From a virus (lineage: Duplodnaviria; Caudoviricetes), in the IMG/VR virus record IMGVR_UViG_3300044656_000123, positions 1 to 64,000 of that record: a stretch of DNA of 64,000 nt; one strand, 5' to 3'. This document shows positions 9,869 to 18,250 of the stretch, piece by piece. Every line of letters starts with the position of its first letter. The first letter of the stretch is position 1. The notes under the pieces were generated by a model that did no database searches, had not been told where the DNA came from, and saw only the letters and a list, made by a program, of their open reading frames with translations. The translations under genes and the position numbers were made by a program.

Positions 9869-10954
9869 ATGTTAGGTATTGCTGATCTTTCTAAGAAGGT
9901 CGGACAGAAAATGCTGTTCGTGGGCCTTGAGAGCTTTGGTTGGAGCGTAGCCGACTATACAAAAGCCGCGCAAAATGCTCGTGCACTCGGCTTCGACACG
10001 CTGATTTTTAAGGCCGCTGACGGTACTAATCGCTGGTATAACGGCATTGGCGACCTTGTTGCTAAGCGTCAAGCCTGCTTAGTTCAAGGCATGGGGTGTA
10101 TGTTCTATACCTACATGTACGGACCACGTTTCGGTTCTCAGCAAGTACAGATTGAAGCTTCAATAGCGAAAGAGATTTGCGACAACTGCGGGGGCCTTGT
10201 TGTTTTAGACATGGAAGTAGAGTGGAATGGTCAAGAGGGTGCGGCTGGCCTTCTTGCATCGTATCTTAAGAACTTCAACGGTGACATCCTTGTTACTACA
10301 TGGGCTGACCCGGTAGAACAAAACTGGATCGGTGTTTTAAAGCAGCTTGCGCCGTACGTTAGCGCTTGGTTGCCGCAGGTGTACAGCAACTTCTTAGACA
10401 CTGCTGAGCAAGAGTATCAGAAGGACGCTAGCATTGATCTTACAAAGGTGTTCCCGGTGCTCGACATTGCTGACCTTTTTGCAAACAGCAACCCGATTAG
10501 CATTCTTGCCGATGCGGTAAAGCGTGGTCAAGAGTCCTTTGCGGTATGGGAATACGGCGCGATGCTCAGCAACGTCAACTTAGTCAAGACATTGCTCGGC
10601 CTCTTGCCTAAAAGTGTCCTTAATTTGTCCGGCCCTGCCTCAACACCTCCGAGTAGCAGTCCGGTTGTGACGGTGCAGCCTCATCCGACAGCCACAAACC
10701 CGACTACCGCGCCTGCCACGCTGCCAAACCAAGGAACTTCGCCAATTCGCTATGCGAGGTACACCATTGTTGACGGGGATACGTTGGGCAAAATTGCTGA
10801 CAAGCTTCATATCAGCAATTGGTATCAAGATCTTTACCTTCCGAATAAGGTTGAACTTGACGCCGTTGCAAGAGCGCATGGACAGGCTAACAGTCAAGGG
10901 GGAAACCTCATTTATGCGGGGACCGTTCTTAGCTATCCTGTCATACTGGCATAG
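9869..10954 (+). CDS. Endolysin: N-terminal glycoside hydrolase-like TIM barrel, Pro/Thr linker, C-terminal LysM
   Basis: IFKAADG, YTYMY, VLDME and WLPQVY motifs (GH25-like); YTIVDGDTLGKIA...NLIYAGTVL (LysM). Confidence 0.8.
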   Translation: MLGIADLSKKVGQKMLFVGLESFGWSVADYTKAAQNARALGFDTLIFKAADGTNRWYNGIGDLVAKRQACLVQGMGCMFYTYMYGPRFGSQQVQIEASIAKEICDNCGGLVVLDMEVEWNGQEGAAGLLASYLKNFNGDILVTTWADPVEQNWIGVLKQLAPYVSAWLPQVYSNFLDTAEQEYQKDASIDLTKVFPVLDIADLFANSNPISILADAVKRGQESFAVWEYGAMLSNVNLVKTLLGLLPKSVLNLSGPASTPPSSSPVVTVQPHPTATNPTTAPATLPNQGTSPIRYARYTIVDGDTLGKIADKLHISNWYQDLYLPNKVELDAVARAHGQANSQGGNLIYAGTVLSYPVILA

Positions 10955-10964
10955 GATTACAACC

Positions 10965-11429
10965 GTGAAATACATTGCTGACTTAATACACCGCGTTAGC
11001 ACCAACAGAGGTATAACAACGCGGGAAGCGGCGGCTATTCGAGCGTTGCAAGGGGCCTTAATCGGATTCCTTGCTCCGCTTATTCCGTACTTTGTCCCGG
11101 TTTTAACAGGGCAAGAGCACATCGTATGGAGTTCTGAAGTAGCTTCATCGCTCATCGGGGCTTTTATCGCCTTTGTACTGCGTCTTTACTTTGCGCAAAA
11201 CGACCCTGAAATCGCCTCATTGCTCGAAGCGTACTATCAGGCGAAGCAAAGGAGCTTCCTTGATCAGTCCATTGCGCCGGGGCCGGGCGCTATTCAGTTT
11301 ACAGTGCCAGTCACAAAGCCTGTAGCGCAGCCTGCACCAAGCATTCACGATCAGAATACCGCGCCGCAAGCAGCCATAATGCCAACTGTGCCAGTACCAG
11401 TTGTAAACAACACGCAGATTAAACAGTAA
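10965..11429 (+). CDS. Holin candidate
   Basis: Two hydrophobic helices directly after the endolysin; probable GTG start at 10965. Confidence 0.55.
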   Translation: MKYIADLIHRVSTNRGITTREAAAIRALQGALIGFLAPLIPYFVPVLTGQEHIVWSSEVASSLIGAFIAFVLRLYFAQNDPEIASLLEAYYQAKQRSFLDQSIAPGPGAIQFTVPVTKPVAQPAPSIHDQNTAPQAAIMPTVPVPVVNNTQIKQ

Positions 11430-11441
11430 GGAAGTGTATTC

Positions 11442-12512
11442 ATGGCCTTTGGCACAACACCAACAGACAATCAGGAGAATCCGGTAGGAAGTGTCTATGT
11501 AAAAGACACTGTTAACGGTAACTTTACGGCGCTACAAGGGGGTCCGGCCTCTACTGACACCGAGAATAATTCATCGGCTCCGGCTTCCTTGTATGTCTAT
11601 GACGGGAACGATGAAACGCAGGGCGCTAAAGCTGATACTGCGTGGGGTTTGTCCGGGGCTTCAAGTGTTATTGCAGCGCTTAAGAAGATTGCTTTGCTCT
11701 TAAGTGGCTTCGGTCTAGACAACACAAACATACTCAAGACATCGCTTTACGCTAAGTTTAGCGCACCGGGCGATACAGCGCTTTCTACTGATGCTAACGG
11801 CTATCTCATTAATCGTGGTGGATGGTCTGAACAATCAGGGCTTTCCGCAGCCGGGGGAAATGCTGACCTTGTTCCGGCGACAGATGTAACAGGGTACAAA
11901 TCGTTCAGCATTCAAATTGGTGGTACATACTCTGGCACACTGACCTTTCAAGGAAGCAACGACGGTGTAGTTTTTCGGTCTATTGCCGTGAATCAGATGG
12001 ACGCGCCGGGAACGATAGTAACAACAACAACGAGCACCAATGTTACGTATTATTGTTCTTTCCTGACCTACCGTTATCTGCGTATCCGTATGACTTCGTA
12101 CGCCTCTGGTACAGCAACCGGAGTGCTAGAGTTATACACCTATCCCATTGCCTCTAACGGCGTATCAGCCGCGCAGTCAGGGACGTGGACAATGCAGCCC
12201 GGAAACACGGTTAATACGTCTCCTTGGCTTACAACAACAGCAAACAACAACAAAAACATTGCTGCAAATACCACGACAGATACCGTTATAAAAGGATCTA
12301 ACGGCTACTTGGTATGCGCAGTAGTTATCTCAACTGGCACTGCTGGTTTAACGTTTTATGATAACGCAACTGTTGGCAGTGGAACACCGTTACTTGCTAT
12401 CCCGGCGAATGCGCCAGTAGGCTCAATTTACACGATACCGGGCAGAGCGCTTAACGGCATTACAGCAGGCGGCGCAGCAAATTGCCCTAGCGTTACTTGC
12501 TACTTTAACTAG
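11442..12512 (+). CDS. Virion structural/decoration protein, beta-rich
   Basis: GTLTFQGSNDG...RYLRIRMT jelly-roll-like motif; Thr/Gly-rich. Confidence 0.55.
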   Translation: MAFGTTPTDNQENPVGSVYVKDTVNGNFTALQGGPASTDTENNSSAPASLYVYDGNDETQGAKADTAWGLSGASSVIAALKKIALLLSGFGLDNTNILKTSLYAKFSAPGDTALSTDANGYLINRGGWSEQSGLSAAGGNADLVPATDVTGYKSFSIQIGGTYSGTLTFQGSNDGVVFRSIAVNQMDAPGTIVTTTTSTNVTYYCSFLTYRYLRIRMTSYASGTATGVLELYTYPIASNGVSAAQSGTWTMQPGNTVNTSPWLTTTANNNKNIAANTTTDTVIKGSNGYLVCAVVISTGTAGLTFYDNATVGSGTPLLAIPANAPVGSIYTIPGRALNGITAGGAANCPSVTCYFN

Positions 12513-12526
12513 GAAGGTAGGTTCTC

Positions 12527-12850
12527 ATGGCAACTGATCATTCTATCCTTGTGAAATCGTCAGGCGGAAACCCTATACCGATTGGTGTTTCTGCTGACCC
12601 TAACCAGCCTTGCCCGACTATGGATAATCCATTGATTTGTCAGTACCCTTGCACCATGCCGGGGCATAACGATACGGTATGGATGTACGCTTACGCTGAT
12701 GGCCGGGTGATTTATTGGAGCGTTACAGACGGTACTACATGGCCTGATGCGGGGCCTAACAGTACACCCATTACAACACCTGACGAAGCAGACGACATTA
12801 ACTATGGCGCGGTCTATATCCATTACGATCCACCTATTGACGGGATGTAA
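12527..12850 (+). CDS. Hypothetical protein
   Basis: 107-aa ORF with RBS, last gene of the structural operon. Confidence 0.55.
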   Translation: MATDHSILVKSSGGNPIPIGVSADPNQPCPTMDNPLICQYPCTMPGHNDTVWMYAYADGRVIYWSVTDGTTWPDAGPNSTPITTPDEADDINYGAVYIHYDPPIDGM

Positions 12851-12974
12851 TACCTGTGCTATACTGAGCGTACGAAATATGTTTTCAAGTAAAGCTAGAA
12901 GCTTGAGAAGATAAGTCGGGGTAAATGGTATGCGCCAGATAAAGGCAGGCTAAATAGTGGCCTGCCTTTATCTG
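12837..12974 (+). ncRNA. Candidate ~100-nt sRNA cassette (promoter, ORF-less transcript, terminator)
   Basis: TTGACG-17-TATACT at 12837-12865; 15-bp hairpin CAGATAAAGGCAGGC/GCCTGCCTTTATCTG. Confidence 0.35.
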
Positions 12975-13540
12975 TTGTGAAAATTGTACGTTCTTGCCGT
13001 ATCGTATGCTTTCATCAATCTAGGTGTGCGATCAGCGTGCGCGGTAAGCTGATTACACATTTTGCATGACCAATACACATTGTCGTATTTGTAACCTGTA
13101 GTTATATACTCACACATACTACACTCTATCCACCTGTAAAGCTTACTTTCAAAGCACGCTAACTTCATGCCAGTTGTATCTACGCAAGGATTAAACATGT
13201 ATCTAGCAATGTATACATCAAAACAGTGTATAGAGTATACTGCCCTGGCTATTAGCATTTCTATGTCTGTAGGCTCAGGCCCTTTTGCCTCGATGATCAT
13301 ACGGTCATACCCGCAATTAACAAGAAAGTCAGGCGTGTAATATTCTCTGCCTATTTCTTCCGTTAAGCCTGGGATTTTCTTAAGGTCAAACGTAAGCGGC
13401 TCATAGGTAAAATCAAATCTAAGTGCATCGTACAGTATCGCTAAGCGTGCTTCCAGCGTACTTTTAAAGTCTACTCCATTCCATGATACAGGGACCGGGC
13501 GAATCTTTTCATAGCGTTTGTCTAGCATAATCTTCTCCAT
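12968..13540 (-). CDS. PD-(D/E)XK endonuclease with C-terminal Zn ribbon
   Basis: FKSTLEAR...YEP...YTPDF...IIEAKG plus CxxC...CxxC. Confidence 0.8.
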   Translation of the reverse strand: MEKIMLDKRYEKIRPVPVSWNGVDFKSTLEARLAILYDALRFDFTYEPLTFDLKKIPGLTEEIGREYYTPDFLVNCGYDRMIIEAKGPEPTDIEMLIARAVYSIHCFDVYIARYMFNPCVDTTGMKLACFESKLYRWIECSMCEYITTGYKYDNVYWSCKMCNQLTAHADRTPRLMKAYDTARTYNFHNR

Positions 13541-13600
13541 ATTGCTGAGTATACAGGTATAGAACGATCAGAGCAAACAGCTAGTATTTTTGATTCATCC

Positions 13601-13781
13601 TTGACAAAGCCGGGAGCTTCGGGTATACTGCGTGCATAGTCCGAACAGGGAATTGCAACTAATAACAAGGACCGCAAAGAGTAGCCGCAGCTTATAGCCC
13701 GTTTGGGGTTGTCAGACAGAACCATTTCAATCTCCTTACTTAAAGAAAAGCGCCTAAGTGTCTCAGGGCGCTTTTCTTTTT
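13601..13781 (+). ncRNA. Candidate sRNA with anti-Shine-Dalgarno tail
   Basis: TTGACA-17-TATACT at 13601-13629; stem CCGAACAGGG/CCCGTTTGG; TCTCCTTACTT at 13731-13741; terminator 13742-13781. Confidence 0.5.
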
Positions 13782-13791
13782 GCATCATTCG

Positions 13792-13820
13792 TTGACAATT
13801 TGTAATGGATCTGTTATAAT
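13792..13820 (+). promoter_or_regulatory. Sigma70-type promoter, class 2 (TGTAATG spacer)
   Basis: TTGACA ATTTGTAATGGATCTGT TATAAT. Confidence 0.8.
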
Positions 13821-13835
13821 TTTCAACGAAAGGAG

Positions 13836-14090
13836 TTGAGCATGATTCAAAATCAGCGCGGTTATTACGCATACAAAGCTAGGACAGCAAGGCCGAAGTC
13901 AGGAAATACAAAGGCGGCGCACCTTATTGCCGATAAAATAATCTTAGCAGCAATGCAAGAGGGTGTCCTTTTAGACAATCTCGTAGCGCAATATCGTGAA
14001 GTGTTCACTGATGCTACCTCAGATGGTATTAAAGGAGCTTTGAAAAAGATTGCAGACCACCACAGAAGGCAGGTGCCAGATGAATCCTAG
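13836..14090 (+). CDS. Hypothetical protein
   Basis: AGGAG RBS downstream of a consensus promoter. Confidence 0.6.
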   Translation: MSMIQNQRGYYAYKARTARPKSGNTKAAHLIADKIILAAMQEGVLLDNLVAQYREVFTDATSDGIKGALKKIADHHRRQVPDES

Positions 14091-14721
14091 TGGCTTGCTT
14101 ATCAGTATTGAAGGCTTGCCTATTAGCGGCAAAACAAAGCAGGTATTAAATCTGTTCAACTGGCTTTGTGACAACGAACTTGAATGTATCGCGTGTAAAA
14201 CTCCGGGCGGCACAACGTTAGGACGGGAAGTTAAGCATTTGCTTTACGGGAGGCCAGATTTACGCAAAGGTCTCAACCCATTCTCAGAGACGTTTTTGAT
14301 GCTGGCTGACATCGCTCAGCTATACGAAGAAACAGTATTGCCTTGCCTGAACCACAATAAATTCATTGTTGTGCAAGAAGGCGGCATTAGCACGCTTCTT
14401 GCCTTGCAGAGCGTTAACCCTGATGGAGACATGTTTATCGCTCCGAACAGTGTTTTAGCTGTGCAGGGGAGGAAGCCGGACCTGACCATTTTCTTAGACT
14501 GCACTGTGCCGACAGCGCAAAAACGCGCTCAGCACTACGCTTACCCTTACCACTACACCGGGACCGAACTACAGATAATGCGTGATTCGTTCTTTGTTCA
14601 GGTTCAAGAAAACCCGCAAACCATGCGCTATGTTAACGGGGAAAACGAACCTGAAGCAGTGATTGAAGATATATTGTTCATCATCAAACCATTGCTGAGA
14701 GAGAGGCAATACATTGACTGA
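14080..14721 (+). CDS. tmk: Thymidylate kinase-like protein (divergent)
   Basis: ISIEGLPISGKT P-loop, TPGGT, KPDLTIFLD. Confidence 0.8.
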   Translation: MNPSGLLISIEGLPISGKTKQVLNLFNWLCDNELECIACKTPGGTTLGREVKHLLYGRPDLRKGLNPFSETFLMLADIAQLYEETVLPCLNHNKFIVVQEGGISTLLALQSVNPDGDMFIAPNSVLAVQGRKPDLTIFLDCTVPTAQKRAQHYAYPYHYTGTELQIMRDSFFVQVQENPQTMRYVNGENEPEAVIEDILFIIKPLLRERQYID

Positions 14722-15091
14722 AATACCAGAGCACTTAGATAGAAACCTTGTGCCGATAGAAGTGGGCAGCGTTATTGCTCACGGCGGCGAAGGCGGCATT
14801 AACATAGGTGTCGTTACACGTTTAACTGAGCACAAAATTGAGATCAAGCGCTTTTGCGTTGACATGGAGCATATACCGGGCGAAGATTGGAGCCGGGAAA
14901 ACTACATGGTCACGGGCTACTATTGGGGTAAGACCATGCTCAATAGCGCTGACAGGTGCATGGTCTTACCTATGACCGAACAGGATATAGTAATGCATTT
15001 TTTGATGGCGCATCGCATAGGTGAAGTTTTGCCGCCACATGAGCGCACACGAAACATCACCGAGATACCGAGCGATGGTACTATAGGCTAG
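14714..15091 (+). CDS. Hypothetical protein (SH3/KOW-like N-terminus)
   Basis: LDRN..PIEVGS.I...G.VT pattern; overlaps the tmk stop. Confidence 0.55.
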   Translation: MTEIPEHLDRNLVPIEVGSVIAHGGEGGINIGVVTRLTEHKIEIKRFCVDMEHIPGEDWSRENYMVTGYYWGKTMLNSADRCMVLPMTEQDIVMHFLMAHRIGEVLPPHERTRNITEIPSDGTIG

Positions 15092-15117
15092 CTAAACTCA
15101 TGCAATGAGAGTATAGT

Positions 15118-15147
15118 GACTGTGCAAGGAGCGCTCCTTGCACAGTC
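15118..15147. terminator. Perfect 30-bp palindrome followed by T-run
   Basis: GACTGTGCAAGGAGC|GCTCCTTGCACAGTC then TTTTT. Confidence 0.7.
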
Positions 15148-15171
15148 TTTTTAATTCAGGAGAACATAGCT

Positions 15172-15444
15172 ATGAACGACGCAACTCAAGTACAGGTTGT
15201 TGTTGCATGGATGATGAATCGTCTTGGCAACATGTCTGCCGCAAAACAACAAAGTTTTATCTCTTACATGGTCGGGTTAGCGCTGACAAGCACCCCGCCT
15301 GTTAACGCTCAAACCGTGATCAGTAACGTAGTTAGCGCTTTGCCTGCTAACACTTTCGGAGCTTTTTACGAAATTGCCAGCGATATTGAGCCGCTTTCAA
15401 CACCAGCACCGACAACAACGACTACTACAACGCCAACTGCCTAA
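15172..15444 (+). CDS. Hypothetical protein with Thr-rich tail
   Basis: AGGAG RBS, 90 aa. Confidence 0.6.
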   Translation: MNDATQVQVVVAWMMNRLGNMSAAKQQSFISYMVGLALTSTPPVNAQTVISNVVSALPANTFGAFYEIASDIEPLSTPAPTTTTTTTPTA

Positions 15445-15457
15445 AAGTACCGAGTAG

Positions 15458-15572
15458 TAGACTCAGCAATACGGATCGGCTATACTGTTTGTATTACGAA
15501 ACACACGCGCCTCTTCTCCTTATTGCATTTTAAAGATACCTGCCTAAAACCCCCTTTAGGCAGGTATCTTTT
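15458..15572 (+). ncRNA. Candidate short sRNA with anti-Shine-Dalgarno motif
   Basis: TAGACT-17-TATACT at 15458-15486; TCTCCTTATT at 15515-15524; 17-bp terminator stem 15532-15571. Confidence 0.4.
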
Positions 15573-15719
15573 GTTATAATTATTAACGCTGCCATATAGA
15601 CATAGTTTATCAGTCGCCTTATGTTAATGTGCTTCTTTTATGGCATTTTCCGCTTTCATATGTTATAATTATACTGCAAGTAGGGCGCTATATTGCTGAT
15701 TTAACAAGGGGGTGCAATT

Positions 15720-16064
15720 ATGTGTCAATGTATGTTTTGTGGTCATAATATGCGTTATAGTCGTGCTGTAAATTACGCCGGGAGATTGTTCATTTGTTGC
15801 GAGTGGTGCGAAACACTTCTGCTATACTATGGACTATGCGCGGCCTTAGCGCAATGTATGGATTGCGGCGTAATACTGAGTCAGTCACCGTTCAAGGGGC
15901 GTGTGTTTCTTGACAGGGAAGGTAAGCCAAACCTGAGCGTAGGACACTCACACGGTATCTGTGAACCGTGTGCTAAAGCCAAGTATGATAGATGGATCGA
16001 ACAAAAAGCATTAAGGAAAGCTGAGCAAGAGGCTCTTGCAGCCAGTATCTTGCAGGCAGTATAA
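15720..16064 (+). CDS. Cys-rich zinc-binding protein
   Basis: Multiple CxxC motifs and SHGICEPC. Confidence 0.6.
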   Translation: MCQCMFCGHNMRYSRAVNYAGRLFICCEWCETLLLYYGLCAALAQCMDCGVILSQSPFKGRVFLDREGKPNLSVGHSHGICEPCAKAKYDRWIEQKALRKAEQEALAASILQAV

Positions 16065-16614
16065 TAACAAAACAAGCCTACTCTTTCTCCCGTTATACTG
16101 TCTGCCAGCAGTATAACGGGTCTTTTATTTGGACGCAAATTTTTACGGAGCGCTTCAAGATGAAGTGCAGCGCCTTAACAAAGCAATACACAACGGCCTA
16201 TCTCCTACGATCTACCGCGCCGGGACCACGTATATCATCGAATATGCTGAGATAGAGGCGAATAGAATATGGTTTAGTGTTATCCGCTTAGAGTGGAATT
16301 ACATCAACAAGCATTTTTATATACCTTACGTTGAAGAGAGAGAATTTTATTGCTTGGGTCAATGGGAATGGGCACATATTTTATGTCAATCAGGAATCAA
16401 ACGCAACCCGTACTTTACACTGCGGCAGAGATAGAGTATACTTCCGAGGTCTACAATATAGCCTAGACAAAAACGCTGTAGAAAATAGCGACCTACAGCG
16501 TTTTATTTTTGCAACTGCTGTGCTATAATTCGGTGGGGTAACTTGCTTAGGTCAACAAAAGTGCTCGGACGCTGGTATGCCGGGCGCTTTTGCGTTTATA
16601 GGTTAATAGTACTC

Positions 16615-16643
16615 TTGACAAGCTATGCAATACATGCTAATAT
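16615..16643 (+). promoter_or_regulatory. Sigma70-type promoter of the non-coding RNA unit
   Basis: TTGACA AGCTATGCAATACATGC TAATAT. Confidence 0.7.
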
Positions 16644-16774
16644 TTCTTTACACACAGTTATGTAGCAACTAATAAGGGCTGTTGTCTGACTTGTGATTGT
16701 GCGGAGAACTATCTGCAAGGATGATCCGGGTTTGCCGCCTCAAGGCATAGGCTGACCGTCCGAATACGGTTTTT

Positions 16775-16843
16775 GCGCCTAGTCGCTGAGAACACATTGT
16801 TTGAATAACAATGCAGGAAGGGCCGACACCTTCAGGGCGCACC
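16775..16843 (+). tRNA. Aberrant tRNA-like element (GAA in the anticodon-like loop, reduced D-arm, non-canonical T loop)
   Basis: Acceptor GCGCCT/GGGCGC then ACC; ATTGT-TTGAATA-ACAAT arm; GAAGG-GCCGACA-CCTTC arm. Confidence 0.35.
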
Positions 16844-17333
16844 GGGGCTTAGCCCCTACCCACGTGATGTAAGAGTACGGGTCAGCGTTCAGGAGAGCGT
16901 AAACAACGCTTAACCTACAGTGCTTCAGTTACAATTTCCTTGCCGTGAATGGCTTTATTAGAAGGATCTTACTTGCTGAGCCAGCATCGCTCACCCGAAA
17001 ATTCTAGCGTGAAAATGTGTAAGTAGCCATACCCGGTATTTGTGTTCCGGTGACACGTGATAGTGTTTTATGTGGTGAAAGCACAAAAGCAAGGCACTGC
17101 GATCAGATTGGTTGGGCCAAATTTTGCCGACATAGGCAAGAGAAAAGCCGCTCACTACTTTGGAAACAAAGACAGCAATGACCGAAGCACTGTCCTAGCG
17201 GGGATGGCAGCAGGTAACATTGCTGGTGATGCCAGAAAGCTCGACTTGAAATTCAGTGCCTTACTTTTTACCTGAAGCATTTTATTGTGTCTCTCTCCCA
17301 AAGGTATCAATTCTTCGCTTCAGGTAAAATTTT

Positions 17334-17497
17334 GTCGAGATGGTGTAACGGACATAGCACAACTTAGTAGTCCTCTTCTTCATAGTCACAGTAAATGTTA
17401 ACCTCTTTACGGTGAGTGTCGAAGAGACGAAAGGTAGGTAAGCGGGAGCAAGGTTAACGCGTTAACCAGCTTTAGAGTTCGATTCTTCCGCCTCGGC
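17334..17497 (+). tRNA. tRNA-Leu-like ends interrupted by a long structured insertion
   Basis: 5' GTCGAGATGGTGTAACGGACATAGCAC; 3' GAGTTCGATTCTTCCGCCTCGGC; palindromic variable arm GGTTAACGCGTTAACC. Confidence 0.4.
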
Positions 17498-17500
17498 TTT

Positions 17501-17540
17501 AAAAATCCTAGCATTGCTTGCAAGCAATGCTAGGATTTTT
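17501..17540. terminator. Perfect 40-bp palindrome/terminator
   Basis: AAAAATCCTAGCATTGCTTG|CAAGCAATGCTAGGATTTTT. Confidence 0.75.
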
Positions 17541-17551
17541 TATTGCACATG

Positions 17552-17721
17552 TTGACACTGATGAGCTTATCAGGTATAATAAATGCAGGTATTGTTAGTG
17601 ACAGTCAGGAAAAACACGAAGATACCTTGCTCAGCAAAGAGCGAATAGGCTTCCAATAGGGTACAAAATTTGTGGAGCCAGCCGTTAAGAAAATAAACGC
17701 TGCAATTGCAGCGTTTATTTT
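17552..17721 (+). ncRNA. Candidate ~135-nt sRNA cassette
   Basis: Perfect TTGACA-17-TATAAT at 17552-17580; three short hairpins; 32-bp palindrome terminator 17690-17721. Confidence 0.5.
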
Positions 17722-17927
17722 TGTTCAACTACATAGCATTTATACTTTGTGTCATCCTGCTTAACTGCACCGAGATAGTGTACCGTCTGCTTTGATTCAT
17801 CTACCGTATGAATCTTGATAAACGTGCGGGGCCTTCGGCGCATCAAAAGCAGGTACAAAAATGGCGACATTGCCAGAGAAAGCACTGCCGCCACGATGTA
17901 AGGATACATGTTCACCTCAACTTGCAA
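17715..17927 (-). CDS. Small membrane protein
   Basis: N-terminal hydrophobic helix followed by RRRPR. Confidence 0.5.
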   Translation of the reverse strand: MQVEVNMYPYIVAAVLSLAMSPFLYLLLMRRRPRTFIKIHTVDESKQTVHYLGAVKQDDTKYKCYVVEQK

Positions 17928-18198
17928 TCAATGCATACTCGCTCGCTTTTTCTTTTGCTATGCTAGGCCCTGCTACCGGGCAAGCGGTATAGCTCAGTAT
18001 GCCCTTTTGTTTACGCGTTAACAAGAACTGCGTCTGATCTTCACGCAAATGCCAGTCATCCACGTAAAACACGATGGTTTTCTTGTTTTTGCTTACTGAT
18101 CTGATTTTATCTCCGAAATGCAAAGGAAAGCCGTTAATCACCATATAATAGTGAGTCACGTGGTTAACTTCAACCTTTACAATGTATTTTATGTTCAT
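17917..18198 (-). CDS. Hypothetical protein
   Basis: GGAGG RBS and an upstream TTGACA promoter at 18249-18254. Confidence 0.55.
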   Translation of the reverse strand: MNIKYIVKVEVNHVTHYYMVINGFPLHFGDKIRSVSKNKKTIVFYVDDWHLREDQTQFLLTRKQKGILSYTACPVAGPSIAKEKASEYALIAS

Positions 18199-18250
18199 AG
18201 GCGTCTTTCCTCCCCCTCATATCAAGAATATGCAACATGTATCATGTTTG

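Larger units (their letters stand above)
16650..17540 (+). ncRNA. Large structured non-coding transcription unit (~870 nt)
   Basis: No credible ORF; many nested stems (ATGGCT/AGCCAT, AAGGCACTG/CAGTGCCTT, TTTTACCTGAAGC/GCTTCAGGTAAAA); ends at a 40-bp palindrome terminator. Confidence 0.55.

Noticed and set aside
13665-13690. SRP RNA domain IV (CAAGGACCGCAAAGAGTAGCC resembles CAGGTCCGGAAGGAAGCAGCC)
   Set aside because: The stem closing the GNRA loop does not pair (ACC/AGA), so the resemblance is insufficient without a covariance-model hit.
16676-17060. tmRNA
   Set aside because: It has a GGGCTG start but no matching 3' acceptor/T-arm with CCA and no convincing tag reading frame.
17363-17433. 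Hammerhead ribozyme in the tRNA-like insert (GTC...GAC GAAA)
   Set aside because: The required CTGATGA core reads CTTAGTA, and stems I and III are not evident.
17501-17540. Protelomerase telRL site
   Set aside because: It is one of many unrelated perfect palindromes at transcript ends with T-tails, and no protelomerase gene is seen in the window.
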